From IMG/VR virus record IMGVR_UViG_3300035703_000006, positions 124,001 to 188,000 of that record: DNA of 64,000 nucleotides, one strand, 5' to 3'. Under the pieces are notes generated by a model. That model ran no database searches. It worked only from the letters and a program-made list of their open reading frames with translations, and was not told the origin of the DNA. The position numbers and the translations under genes are program-made. Position 1 is the first letter of the stretch. Every line of letters starts with the position of its first letter. Of this stretch, positions 6,571 through 15,955 are shown one piece after another.

Positions 6571-8154
6571 ATGGGAAGATACGTCAAAACTAGAATTATT
6601 ACTGATGGATTGATTTATCTGAATGATGCTGGAAACTCTAAGTCATATTCTGGTGTCGGAACAGCAATTAAGAATTTAGTTGGATATGGTGCGACTAATA
6701 TTTCATTTAATCAAACATTTGTGTCTTCAGGGACTACGAGTTATTTTGTATCAACAGGTTCAACATCTTATATAAGCAATACAAACGTAAGTGTAAGTGC
6801 CTCTACTGGAAGAGGATTTACGATTTGTATGATGATTAAACCACAAACTTTAACAAATAGTGAATGGAATTATTGGTTTCAGCAACAATCTGGAACTAAA
6901 TCAATTGAATTTGGAAAATATGGAACTTCCAATGGATGGGAAATTAAAGATAATATAAAGGTAGAGGGGCAAAAAGTATTCACTTCAGTCGGCACTACAA
7001 CCTGGTCTGTTCCTGATGGGGTGACTTCTATCACTGCTGTTTGTGTCGGTGGTGGTGGTGGAGCAAGTGGAGGTTCTGCTTCTTCTGATGGTGGAACTGG
7101 AGGTGGTGGAGGAGGACTTGCTTATGGAACTATTAGTGTAACTCCTGGTGATGTTTTGTATATACGAGTTGGTACTGGTGGAACTGGTGGTCGTTCTTAT
7201 AATTATGATAATGCTTTTTCTCAAGGTAGCGCTGGAAATCCAGGTCAATCAAGCTACATAAAAACCGGATCACATTCAGGTACTGCATTTCTTGAAGGTG
7301 GTGGAGGTGGAGGTGGAGCATTCGGTTTTGGTGCCAGTGGAGGATCTGGGGGAACTTCTACTGGAACTGCAAGAGTTGGAGGTGGAAGTGGAGGTAGTGG
7401 TGGATCAAATGATGGTTCTAGAAGTGGAGGAGGAGCAGGAGCAGGAGGATATGGTGGAAATGGAGGAAATGGTGCAAATGGTAGTATAACTGATTTGTCT
7501 GGTTCTGCTGGAACTGGTGGTGCTGGAGGTGGTGGTGCAAATGCCAATGATATTGTAACAGAAGTCTATAATTCCGGTGGTGGTGTAGGTATAGGAGCAT
7601 CTGGTATTAATGGAGCTGGTGGATCTGGATCCTCTCAGAGTACCTTTCTTGCCGCGGGAACATCTGGATCAGATGGCATCTCTGCAACATCTTCATCTGG
7701 GAATTCCTCCAACCAAAGAGCAGTTGGTGGTCTTTATGGTGGGGGAGGAGGAACAAAAAGACATACTTCAATATTTGCTAACGTGAGAGATGGTGGAAAT
7801 GGAGGACAAGGTGCAGTAAGAATTGTTTGGGGTACTAGTAGATCTTATCCAACCACTAATACATCAGACCCAATACCAGTAACGCAATCGGTATCATTTA
7901 GTGATTGGACTTTTATTGTTTGTGGTGTAACAACAGACTATTATACTTTTATATCAACTAATGGATCAACCAAGACTTTAGGTTCTTCTAATGATTGGAA
8001 TAATTCTGATCAAATTAATCTTAATAAAATCTTTGGAACAGGAACAAGTAACTATAGTTGCTTGTGGAACAACGTGATGATTTATAATCGTGAATTAACA
8101 AATGAAGAAATACAAATAAACTTTGAAGCATTTAGACGTAAGTTTAATCTTTAA
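6571..8154 (+). CDS. Putative virion protein: LamG/ConA-like domain interrupted by a Gly-rich domain (paralog 1)
   Basis: N-terminal RIITDGLIYLNDAGNSKSYSG and C-terminal IYNRELTNEEIQINFEAFRRKFNL enclose VFTSVGTTTWSVPDGVTSITAVCVGGGGG...GAVRIVWG. Confidence 0.8.
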   Translation: MGRYVKTRIITDGLIYLNDAGNSKSYSGVGTAIKNLVGYGATNISFNQTFVSSGTTSYFVSTGSTSYISNTNVSVSASTGRGFTICMMIKPQTLTNSEWNYWFQQQSGTKSIEFGKYGTSNGWEIKDNIKVEGQKVFTSVGTTTWSVPDGVTSITAVCVGGGGGASGGSASSDGGTGGGGGGLAYGTISVTPGDVLYIRVGTGGTGGRSYNYDNAFSQGSAGNPGQSSYIKTGSHSGTAFLEGGGGGGGAFGFGASGGSGGTSTGTARVGGGSGGSGGSNDGSRSGGGAGAGGYGGNGGNGANGSITDLSGSAGTGGAGGGGANANDIVTEVYNSGGGVGIGASGINGAGGSGSSQSTFLAAGTSGSDGISATSSSGNSSNQRAVGGLYGGGGGTKRHTSIFANVRDGGNGGQGAVRIVWGTSRSYPTTNTSDPIPVTQSVSFSDWTFIVCGVTTDYYTFISTNGSTKTLGSSNDWNNSDQINLNKIFGTGTSNYSCLWNNVMIYNRELTNEEIQINFEAFRRKFNL

Positions 8155-8204
8155 AAATATAACTTAAATTTTAGAGATTAAAATAAATAGAAATAAAAAG
8201 TATA

Positions 8205-9818
8205 ATGACAATAGCACATAGTCCTCGTATTGTTACTGATGGATTGATTTATCTGAATGATGCTGGAAACTCTAAGTCATATTCTGGTGTCGGAACAGCA
8301 ATAAAAAATCTAGTTGGATATGGTGCAACTAACACTTCATTCAATCAAACATTTGTATCTTCGGGGACTACAAGTTATTTTGAATCAACGGGTTCAACAT
8401 CTTATATAAGCAATACAAACGTAAGTGTAAGTTCTTCAACAGGTCGTGGATTTACGATTTGTATGATGATTAAACCAGAAACTTTAACAAATAGTGAATG
8501 GAATTATTGGTTTCAGCAACAATCCGGAACTAAATCAATTGAATTTGGAAAATATGGAACTTCTAATGGGTGGGAAATAAAAGATAATTTAAAAATAGAA
8601 GGACAAAAAGTATTTACTTCGGTTGGTACTACAACTTGGACTATTCCTGTCGGAGTAACAACTATCACTGCTGTTTGTGTTGGTGGTGGTGGTGGTGCGG
8701 GAGGAAGTGATTCAACAAGAGCTGGAGGAGGTGGTGGGGGAGGAGGACTTGCTTATGGATCTACCATATCAGTAACTCCTGGAGATATATTGTATATAAG
8801 AGTTGGTTCTGGTGGAATTGGAGGAACATCTTATCTCAGTAGTTCTCCTGAAACTTTACCTACCAATGGAACTGCTGGTCAATCAAGTTACATAAAAACT
8901 GGATCACATTCAGGTACTGCACTTCTTGAAGGTGGTGGTGGAGGTGGAGGATTTTCTGGATATAATCTTAACAATGAAGGGAGTGGAGGAACAGTTGGTG
9001 GGACTGCGAGGACTGGTCCTGCTGGAAGTTTTCAGGGACATGGAGGTGGTGGGGGAAAATCTACGACTAGTGGAGTTGCTGGGGGTGGAGGTGGAGCAGG
9101 AGGATATCCTAGTTCAGGTTCTTTGGGAGAACCAGAATTTGCATATGGTGGATCAGGAGGTGGTTCATCGCCTGCCCAATCTGCTTCAAATGGTGTTGGT
9201 GGAGGAGGTGGTGGAGGTGGGTATATTAGTACACAAAATGGTGAGGTCACAAACCCTGGTGGTGGTGTTGGAATTTTTGGTAGGGGATCGAATGGAACTC
9301 TAGGATCCCCCAGTAATGGGGGAGGGGGTGGATCTGGTGGTCAATCTGGAACTTCATCAACGGGAAACCAACTAAATCAAAGATCTGTAGGGGGACTTTA
9401 TGGTGGTGGAGGTGGTTCAGTTAGACCCGCAACATCTGATGCTAACGTGAGAGATGGTGGAAATGGAGGACAAGGTGCAGTAAGAATTGTTTGGGGTACT
9501 AGTAGATCTTATCCAACCACTAATACATCAGACCCAATACCAGTAAGACAATCAACATCTTTTTCTGATTGGACTTTTGTTGTTTTTGGAGTAACGTCAA
9601 GTTACTATACTTTTATATCAACTAATGGAAGTACAAAAACTTTAGGTTCTTCTAACGATTGGAACACATCACCACAAATTAACTTTGATAAAATCTTTGG
9701 AACGGGAACAAGTAACTATAGTTGCTTGTGGAACAATTGTATGATTTATAATCGTGAATTAACAAATGAAGAAATACAAATAAACTTTGAAGCATTTAGA
9801 CGTAAGTTTAATCTCTAA
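8205..9818 (+). CDS. Putative virion protein: LamG/ConA-like domain interrupted by a Gly-rich domain (paralog 2)
   Basis: Same architecture as 6571..8154; termini near-identical, centre divergent. Confidence 0.8.
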   Translation: MTIAHSPRIVTDGLIYLNDAGNSKSYSGVGTAIKNLVGYGATNTSFNQTFVSSGTTSYFESTGSTSYISNTNVSVSSSTGRGFTICMMIKPETLTNSEWNYWFQQQSGTKSIEFGKYGTSNGWEIKDNLKIEGQKVFTSVGTTTWTIPVGVTTITAVCVGGGGGAGGSDSTRAGGGGGGGGLAYGSTISVTPGDILYIRVGSGGIGGTSYLSSSPETLPTNGTAGQSSYIKTGSHSGTALLEGGGGGGGFSGYNLNNEGSGGTVGGTARTGPAGSFQGHGGGGGKSTTSGVAGGGGGAGGYPSSGSLGEPEFAYGGSGGGSSPAQSASNGVGGGGGGGGYISTQNGEVTNPGGGVGIFGRGSNGTLGSPSNGGGGGSGGQSGTSSTGNQLNQRSVGGLYGGGGGSVRPATSDANVRDGGNGGQGAVRIVWGTSRSYPTTNTSDPIPVRQSTSFSDWTFVVFGVTSSYYTFISTNGSTKTLGSSNDWNTSPQINFDKIFGTGTSNYSCLWNNCMIYNRELTNEEIQINFEAFRRKFNL

Positions 9819-9841
9819 ATACTCATAAGTTGCAAAAACTT

Positions 9842-10210
9842 ATGACTCCTCTTCATTCGTCCAAAGAGTACTTGTTCAATCTTTACACGACAAGTTCTGG
9901 AGAAGCAAAACGAATATGGAGGCAACACATTAAAGAACATTGGAATCATAAATGTGCTTATTGTGATTCTGAAGAAAACCTTACAATTGATCATATTATT
10001 CCAAGATCAAAAGGTGGAACAGATTTCACAAACAATGTTGTTTGTTGTTGTCATAGATGCAATCAAGATAAAAAACATACTCACTGGGAAGATTGGTTTT
10101 CCGAACAAATTTTTTTTACAGAAGAAAAAAGACATGCTATACTAAAATGGATGCACAATAAGCAGGAGCAGGTGCTCTATAAATATCCTCAAAGACAAAA
10201 TAAAGTTTAA
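9842..10210 (+). CDS. HNH endonuclease
   Basis: CAYC...LTIDHIIPRSKGG...NVVCCCHRCNQDK; ATG 9842 preferred over TTG 9830. Confidence 0.9.
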   Translation: MTPLHSSKEYLFNLYTTSSGEAKRIWRQHIKEHWNHKCAYCDSEENLTIDHIIPRSKGGTDFTNNVVCCCHRCNQDKKHTHWEDWFSEQIFFTEEKRHAILKWMHNKQEQVLYKYPQRQNKV

Positions 10211-10218
10211 AAAGTATT

Positions 10219-10467
10219 ATGAATTTTACAATTTATTCAAAGCAAGGTTGCCCTTATTGTGATAAGGTAAAAATGGTTTTAAATCTTTTAAGTGAGTCAA
10301 AGGGATATAATATTATTTCTTATGAACTTAATACTGATTTCAATAGAGATCAATTTTATTCAGAGTTTGGAGAAGGTTCTACCTTCCCTCAAGTGATTTT
10401 GAATGATAAGCATATCGGTGGATGTACTGATACAATTTCATATTTGCAAGAAAATAATATGCTTTGA
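10219..10467 (+). CDS. grx: Glutaredoxin
   Basis: CPYC active site, TFPQV, IGGCTD. Confidence 0.93.
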   Translation: MNFTIYSKQGCPYCDKVKMVLNLLSESKGYNIISYELNTDFNRDQFYSEFGEGSTFPQVILNDKHIGGCTDTISYLQENNML

Positions 10468-10655
10468 TCGTGTCTATAAATAATTCTGAAAATTATAGCA
10501 TTAATCGTGGATTTGAATTAATGCTTAGAAAAAAAGGAGGAGAGAAAGAAGAAACAAAATTGATACCAAAAACTTTCAATTTTGAAAAAGTATTTTCTCT
10601 CTTCAATCGAGAGATATTCTTCAAGATTGAATTAGATATAATGAAAACAAAGTAG
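10464..10655 (+). CDS. Hypothetical protein
   Basis: 63-aa ORF filling the gap; start uncertain. Confidence 0.55.
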   Translation: MIVSINNSENYSINRGFELMLRKKGGEKEETKLIPKTFNFEKVFSLFNREIFFKIELDIMKTK

Positions 10656-10672
10656 TCTCTCGGAGAAGAACA

Positions 10673-10909
10673 ATGGCAGCAATAGATTTAGTATTTGGTT
10701 CCTTTTTAATTGTTTTGTTTTTTATTGTGGGACTTTTTATTGGATGGAGTGCCAGAGAATATATGATGAATTATCAAGAAGGACCAAAACAAATTGCTTA
10801 TCATCCAGAGTTTTACGATAAAAATGGTGAGTTAATAGATCAAGAAATTGTTTCAGTAAGATTTGAACCAGATTATTTTGATGATGAACTAGTTGATGAT
10901 GATGAATGA
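10673..10909 (+). CDS. Small membrane protein, DUF2973-like
   Basis: N-terminal TM helix plus HPEFYDKNGELIDQEIVSVRF motif. Confidence 0.65.
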   Translation: MAAIDLVFGSFLIVLFFIVGLFIGWSAREYMMNYQEGPKQIAYHPEFYDKNGELIDQEIVSVRFEPDYFDDELVDDDE

Positions 10910-10949
10910 TAAATAAATTTTAATTAATCTAATTCTGTATTAATTTTTT

Positions 10950-11540
10950 ATGACAATGACAATAAAAGAAAAAACAACGACCAGAAAACCTACTTCAAGG
11001 GCAAAGAAGGTTTTGGACGAAGTGGTAGAATTGCCAGCAAATCCATTTGCCTTTGAAGTTTTAAATCTTGCAAGTTCACAAAAGACAAATGCAAAAAAAG
11101 TCGAGATTCTCAAAAAATATGAACACGATTCATTGAAAGCAATTTTTATTTGGAATTTTGATGAATCGGTAATTTCACTTTTACCAGAAGGAGATGTTCC
11201 TTTTTTTGGTGACAATACGATGAAGACGACAACAATGTCTGAGAGAATTGAAGATGCAATTAAGCAGATGAGTGATTCTTCAATTGGAGCAATTGATCAA
11301 AAATATTCTACTCTCAGAAAAGAGTATACTTTGCTTTATAACTTTGTAAAAGGTGGAAATGATTCTTTGAATGGAATCAGAAGAGAGAATATTTTTGTCA
11401 ATTTGTTAGAAGGACTTCATCCATTAGAAGCAGAAATTATCTGTCTTTGTAAGGATAAAAAACTACAAACAAGATACAAAATAACTAAAGAAATTGTATC
11501 TGAAGCATACCCAGACATTACCTGGGGAAACAGAAGTTGA
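10950..11540 (+). CDS. Conserved-type T4-like cyanophage hypothetical protein
   Basis: 196-aa ORF with IFIWNFDESVISLLPEG and RENIFVNLLEGLHPLEA motifs. Confidence 0.85.
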   Translation: MTMTIKEKTTTRKPTSRAKKVLDEVVELPANPFAFEVLNLASSQKTNAKKVEILKKYEHDSLKAIFIWNFDESVISLLPEGDVPFFGDNTMKTTTMSERIEDAIKQMSDSSIGAIDQKYSTLRKEYTLLYNFVKGGNDSLNGIRRENIFVNLLEGLHPLEAEIICLCKDKKLQTRYKITKEIVSEAYPDITWGNRS

Positions 11541-11542
11541 TT

Positions 11543-11803
11543 ATGGTTTTAATACATAAAAATTGTGATCCTTCTGTAGCAAATAACAAATCTTTGCCAA
11601 GAAATTCTTATTTGGTTACATATCAAGAAGATAAAGAAACAAAGTATGACATTGTTCAAGCAGGTTCCTTTGTGGAAGTATTTGATAATTATTATGATCA
11701 ATATGGAAAAGGAAGCATTATGAATATCAAGTGGTCAGAGGGAACCATAAATCCAAAGTCATATAACTATAAAGTTAAAGATAATAAAAAATCAAAAAAA
11801 TAA
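11543..11803 (+). CDS. Hypothetical protein
   Basis: ORF after 10950..11540; ATG at 11543. Confidence 0.75.
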   Translation: MVLIHKNCDPSVANNKSLPRNSYLVTYQEDKETKYDIVQAGSFVEVFDNYYDQYGKGSIMNIKWSEGTINPKSYNYKVKDNKKSKK

Positions 11804-11806
11804 TAC

Positions 11807-11836
11807 AAAAGGGGAGGTTGATTCTCTCCTTTTTTT
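11807..11836 (+). terminator. Intrinsic terminator
   Basis: aaaaggggag-gttgatt-ctctcctttt plus T run. Confidence 0.75.
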
Positions 11837-11867
11837 ATGTTAAAATTTTGAAAGAGAATGGAATTTT

Positions 11868-12032
11868 ATGGACAAAGACAAACTAAAACTGATTGTTCGT
11901 AATCTTGAATTATTGGTTGATTCTCTGAAAGCAGAAATTTATTCTGATACTTCTTCATATAGACCTAAAGAACCAATGGGGAAAAAACCAATTTTGGATT
12001 ATGACGAAATTTTTGAGGATAGTGACTTATGA
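11868..12032 (+). CDS. Small conserved-type cyanophage protein, 54 aa (not in ORF track)
   Basis: MDKDKLKLIVRNLELLVDSLKAEIYSD...DYDEIFEDSDL*. Confidence 0.75.
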   Translation: MDKDKLKLIVRNLELLVDSLKAEIYSDTSSYRPKEPMGKKPILDYDEIFEDSDL

Positions 12033-12196
12033 CCAATAAAGCACGAGAACTTATAAAATTACTTGAGAGACTTGTTAAACAAGATCACCTTTATACCGAA
12101 GAAAAAATCATAGAAATGAAACAACAACTGCGAACATTGAAAGAGCAACTCGCAGAACTTGAAGCAAAAACATCAAAAGGATTTGGAAAGAAATGA
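12029..12196 (+). CDS. Small coiled-coil protein, 55 aa (not in ORF track)
   Basis: MTNKARELIKLLERLVKQDHLY...SKGFGKK*; ATGA overlaps on both sides. Confidence 0.75.
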   Translation: MTNKARELIKLLERLVKQDHLYTEEKIIEMKQQLRTLKEQLAELEAKTSKGFGKK

Positions 12197-12945
12197 AACC
12201 TATTAAAGCAAAAGATCTTCTGGAACTTGATAAGAGACTTCAAGTTGTAAAACTGCAATCCTACCCAATTCCAGAACAGGTAATTTGGCAGGCAGGAAAA
12301 GGAGATTATTCTGAAGTTCCTATTCATGAAGTCAAAGTACCTAATCACCAAGAATGTGGTGAGTGGATTGTGGAACAACTTCTTGCGAATGAAAGGGGGC
12401 ATTGGGGTCCATTGGAGCACCCTGCAATTACTTTTTCAGTATCTGGATTTGTTCATAATGTAATTGTTCAGGCAAGGACTCATCGTATTGGAACTTCTTG
12501 GGATGTTCAATCTCAGCGTTATACTGGTAAACGTGTAGTAAAAGTTGCCAAGAAAGAACTTGATATTGAAGAAGTGTTCTATGTGCGTCCTGAGGGGTTC
12601 TATACTAATCGTAAGGGTAAGAAGTATGAATGGACTCAAGAACATCGTCAACGCAAATTAGAACGTATTCTGGATGAATGTAAGGAGTATGCTGATTACT
12701 ATGAGCAGGGAATGTGTGAGGAACATATTCGTGATTATCTTCCTCAGGCAATTCGTCAGAATTTTGTAGTGTCTTTCAATCTTCGTTCTGTTCTTCACTT
12801 TATGGATCTTCGTTCGAAACTTGATGCTCAACTTGAGATTCAAGCACTATGTGAAGGTTTTGTTCCTGAACTTCAAAGATGGGCACCAAATGTTTGGAAA
12901 TATTATGAAGAAAAAAGGTTATATCGTGCTCGTTTGAGTCCATAA
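12193..12945 (+). CDS. thyX: FAD-dependent thymidylate synthase
   Basis: HWGPLEH, RTHRIGTSWDVQSQRY, NLRSVLHFMDLR, AQLEI. Confidence 0.95.
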   Translation: MKPIKAKDLLELDKRLQVVKLQSYPIPEQVIWQAGKGDYSEVPIHEVKVPNHQECGEWIVEQLLANERGHWGPLEHPAITFSVSGFVHNVIVQARTHRIGTSWDVQSQRYTGKRVVKVAKKELDIEEVFYVRPEGFYTNRKGKKYEWTQEHRQRKLERILDECKEYADYYEQGMCEEHIRDYLPQAIRQNFVVSFNLRSVLHFMDLRSKLDAQLEIQALCEGFVPELQRWAPNVWKYYEEKRLYRARLSP

Positions 12946-12973
12946 TAAATAAATTTATCTTGAAATTATAACA

Positions 12974-13222
12974 ATGCCGACGTATCCCGTAGTGAATATA
13001 AAAACTGGTGAAAAGAAAGAAGTGGAAATGAGTATCCACAACTGGGACCAGTGGAAAAATGATAATCCAGAATGGATTCGTGATTGGTCAGATCCATCGA
13101 CCTGCCCTTCTCCAGGGGAGGTTGGGGATTTATTGAGCAAACACGTCAATAGAAATCCAGGATGGAATGATGTCCTACGTAAAGTTTCAAAAGTTCCAGG
13201 TGCAAACGTAAAACCAATTTAA
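12974..13222 (+). CDS. Conserved-type cyanophage protein upstream of phoH
   Basis: MPTYPVVN...GWNDVLRKV. Confidence 0.8.
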   Translation: MPTYPVVNIKTGEKKEVEMSIHNWDQWKNDNPEWIRDWSDPSTCPSPGEVGDLLSKHVNRNPGWNDVLRKVSKVPGANVKPI

Positions 13223-13224
13223 CT

Positions 13225-13983
13225 ATGGCAAGAAAAAGAAGAAATAATGACAATCAACCAATTGGTATTGGTATGACTGCAAAACAAATGAAGAGGAGAA
13301 AACCAATCAGTTCTGATTATCTGATTGACATTGAACCTTTAACAGAAAATCAAAAGAAACTTTTTGAATCTTATAAAAATCAAAAGCATATTGTTGCTTA
13401 TGGTTGTGCTGGTACAGGTAAAACTTTTATTACTCTTTATAATGCTCTTCAGGATGTACTTGATGAAGTAAGTCCTTATGAGAGAGTTTATATTGTTCGT
13501 TCATTAGTTGCTACTCGTGAGATTGGATTTTTGCCTGGAAGTCACGATGATAAAGCAGATATTTACCAGATTCCTTACAAGAATATGGTTAAGTATATGT
13601 TCCAGATGCCATCTGATGCTGACTTTGAGATGCTTTATGGTAATCTAAAAACGCAAGAAACGATTAAATTTTGGAGCACTTCGTTTCTTCGTGGAACAAC
13701 TCTTGACAATTCAATCATCATTGTTGATGAGTTTCAAAACTTAAATTTCCATGAACTTGATTCTATTATTACTCGTGTTGGAGAAAATACAAAAATCATG
13801 TTCTGTGGTGATGCAACACAATCGGATTTGATCAAAACAAATGAAAGAAATGGAATCAGTGATTTTATGAATGTTTTAAGAAAAATGGATTCTGTTGATA
13901 TTGTTGAATTTGGAGTAGACGATATTGTTCGTTCTGGACTTGTTAAAGAATATATTATTGCAAAAATAGAAGCAGGTTATTGA
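13225..13983 (+). CDS. phoH: PhoH-like ATPase
   Basis: GCAGTGKT Walker A, GFLPG, RGTTLDNSIIIVDEFQN, GDATQSD, DDIVRS. Confidence 0.96.
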   Translation: MARKRRNNDNQPIGIGMTAKQMKRRKPISSDYLIDIEPLTENQKKLFESYKNQKHIVAYGCAGTGKTFITLYNALQDVLDEVSPYERVYIVRSLVATREIGFLPGSHDDKADIYQIPYKNMVKYMFQMPSDADFEMLYGNLKTQETIKFWSTSFLRGTTLDNSIIIVDEFQNLNFHELDSIITRVGENTKIMFCGDATQSDLIKTNERNGISDFMNVLRKMDSVDIVEFGVDDIVRSGLVKEYIIAKIEAGY

Positions 13984-14729
13984 TGGTAAATCCTCTTATT
14001 GAAAAATACAATGAATTGTATGGAAAAAAACAAATAAAGGAAACTAAAAATTTATTTGATCATATCAATATTAATCTTCCTAAACTTGAAAGAGAAACTA
14101 TAGATGGTGTTCGTTATTATAAAGTTCCTGAAGAAGAAGAATTTATAAAATTAGTTTCTATTACTTCTGTGACGAGTCATAAAAATCGGCAATTTTTTGC
14201 AGATTGGAGACAAAAAGTTGGAGAAGAAAATGCAAATAAAATCACAAAGCAAGCAACCAGTCGTGGTACTGACATGCACACACTATGTGAAACATATTTG
14301 AAAAATGAACAATTACCTAATGATATTTTACCAATTTCTCAAGTTTTATTTGGAATTGCAAAACCTTATTTGAATAATATAAATAATATTCACGCACTTG
14401 AAAATTCCCTTTATAGTAAAGTTTTGGGAATTGCAGGAACAGTAGATTGTATTGCGGAATATAATGGCGAACTAGCAATTATAGATTTCAAAACATCCAA
14501 AAAACCAAAACCACGGGATTGGATTGAACACTATTTTGTTCAGTGTGCTGCTTATGCTTGTATGTTATATGAACTTACTGGTATAATGGTAAAGAAATTT
14601 GTAATTATTATGGCTTGCGAAAATGGAGAATGCATCGTTTATGAAGAATATGACAAAGCAAAGTACATCAAACTACTCACCAAATATATTAGAGAATTTG
14701 TTAGAGATAAACTTCACGAATATGAATGA
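13983..14729 (+). CDS. PD-(D/E)XK exonuclease (RecB/Cas4-like, cyanophage exonuclease)
   Basis: SITSV, RGTDMH, AGTVDCIAE, IIDFKTS, QCAAYA. Confidence 0.88.
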   Translation: MVNPLIEKYNELYGKKQIKETKNLFDHININLPKLERETIDGVRYYKVPEEEEFIKLVSITSVTSHKNRQFFADWRQKVGEENANKITKQATSRGTDMHTLCETYLKNEQLPNDILPISQVLFGIAKPYLNNINNIHALENSLYSKVLGIAGTVDCIAEYNGELAIIDFKTSKKPKPRDWIEHYFVQCAAYACMLYELTGIMVKKFVIIMACENGECIVYEEYDKAKYIKLLTKYIREFVRDKLHEYE

Positions 14730-14976
14730 TAAAGTCAAGGAAGAATTAAATAGCAAATTTTTATGTCCTCAAAAATTTGCTCAAGATATAGAAAGCATCG
14801 TAAAGAATTCAAAGATTAACTATATTGATGCAATAGTTACTTATTGTGAAGAAAATAGTATTGAAATTGAAACAATATCAAAATTAATTTCAAAACCATT
14901 AAAGGAAAAAATTAAGAATGATGCCACCCAATTGAATTTTTTGAAAAAAACTACTCGTGCTAAATTGCCATTGTGA
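14722..14976 (+). CDS. g33: Late transcription coactivator gp33
   Basis: NYIDAIVTYCEENSIEIETISKLISKPLKEKI; ATG 14722; position upstream of g59. Confidence 0.88.
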   Translation: MNDKVKEELNSKFLCPQKFAQDIESIVKNSKINYIDAIVTYCEENSIEIETISKLISKPLKEKIKNDATQLNFLKKTTRAKLPL

Positions 14977-15563
14977 CTCCTTTTGATGTTTATAAAACTT
15001 ACTTAGCATTTAAAAATCATTTCACAAAAGAAAATTACGATTACTTCAAGTATTGTGGAAAGTCCAGAGCATCTTTGGACTCCTTTCATAAGAGGAAGGA
15101 TAGATATTTTTTTGAACGAACTTCTAGACAGAAGAATGACGAAGAAATTAAGGCATATTTTGTCGCAAATTTTGTTGAGTGTGATGATCCACAATCACTT
15201 TGGATTGGTGAAATTATCAAATGTGGAGAAGATGTTTTTTCTGATTGGTTAAAAAAATCTCAATCAATGACTTATTTGTTTAAAGAAGAAATAGAGAGCA
15301 TTTTTACAAAAGAAAATTTTGAAAAAATGTTTGATATAAGTGCAAATTGCCATCCAGAAATATTAAAATTATATTTTTCTAAAGAATTATCTTTAGAAAC
15401 AATGGTTATACTTGATATGATTCTTGAGTATGTAAAGAGATTTGATAAAAAACTCACTGATCCAGTGTGGGAATCCGTAAGTTTAAGAATTAAAAAATAC
15501 AAACCTTTTCTAAATATAGATGTAGATAGGTATAAAAAAATTCTGAAGGAGAACGTATTATGA
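14973..15563 (+). CDS. g59: Helicase loader gp59
   Basis: YLAFKNHFTKENYDYFKY...KRKDRYFF; GTG start overlapping the upstream stop. Confidence 0.9.
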   Translation: MTPFDVYKTYLAFKNHFTKENYDYFKYCGKSRASLDSFHKRKDRYFFERTSRQKNDEEIKAYFVANFVECDDPQSLWIGEIIKCGEDVFSDWLKKSQSMTYLFKEEIESIFTKENFEKMFDISANCHPEILKLYFSKELSLETMVILDMILEYVKRFDKKLTDPVWESVSLRIKKYKPFLNIDVDRYKKILKENVL

Positions 15564-15892
15564 GTAGATTTTTTGATTCAGATGTGGTCAGAGAATCATT
15601 GAAAGAACTTGATGATCTTCAGAAAGAAATTTTTCATGAGATGTTTGAACTTCCTTTTTTTAGTAAAGAAAAGAAAAAAGAACATCTCGGTAAGATGAAA
15701 TTGTTTCTAGAGAAACAGAAAAATTTTATTTTTAGAATTTCTTTATCAGATGATCCAGACGCAATAGAAATGAAAAATACAATTCTTGAATCAGCACAAA
15801 TGTTTGGTATTGGTCCAGTCAATAATGTGTCTATATTGTTTGAAAAAATGGAAAAATCTATTGACGCTCTCGAAAAGTCTCTTGACGATTGA
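15560..15892 (+). CDS. DUF1825-like cyanophage protein
   Basis: FFDSDVVRESL...FLEKQKNFIFRISLSDDPDA; located between g59 and g32. Confidence 0.75.
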   Translation: MSRFFDSDVVRESLKELDDLQKEIFHEMFELPFFSKEKKKEHLGKMKLFLEKQKNFIFRISLSDDPDAIEMKNTILESAQMFGIGPVNNVSILFEKMEKSIDALEKSLDD

Positions 15893-15953
15893 TTCGTTGC
15901 CTGCTACAATTAATACGTACAATACGTCTCAATACTACTAATACGGAGAATAC
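15882..15953 (+). promoter_or_regulatory. sigma70-type promoter of g32 and AATAC-repeat leader
   Basis: TTGACG(15882-87)-17 nt-TGc-TACAAT(15905-10); AATAC at 15912, 15921, 15931, 15940, 15949. Confidence 0.75.
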
Positions 15954-15955
15954 AA

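Noticed and set aside
6571-9818. Diversity-generating retroelement (template/variable repeat pair) between the tandem paralogs
   Set aside because: In the stretch I compared, differences are mostly synonymous third-position changes in both directions and include indels, not adenine-specific; no reverse transcriptase in the window.
9842-10210. HNH gene as a mobile homing element
   Set aside because: Short stand-alone HNH with no extra DNA-binding domain and no interrupted neighbour; looks like the ordinary cyanophage HNH.
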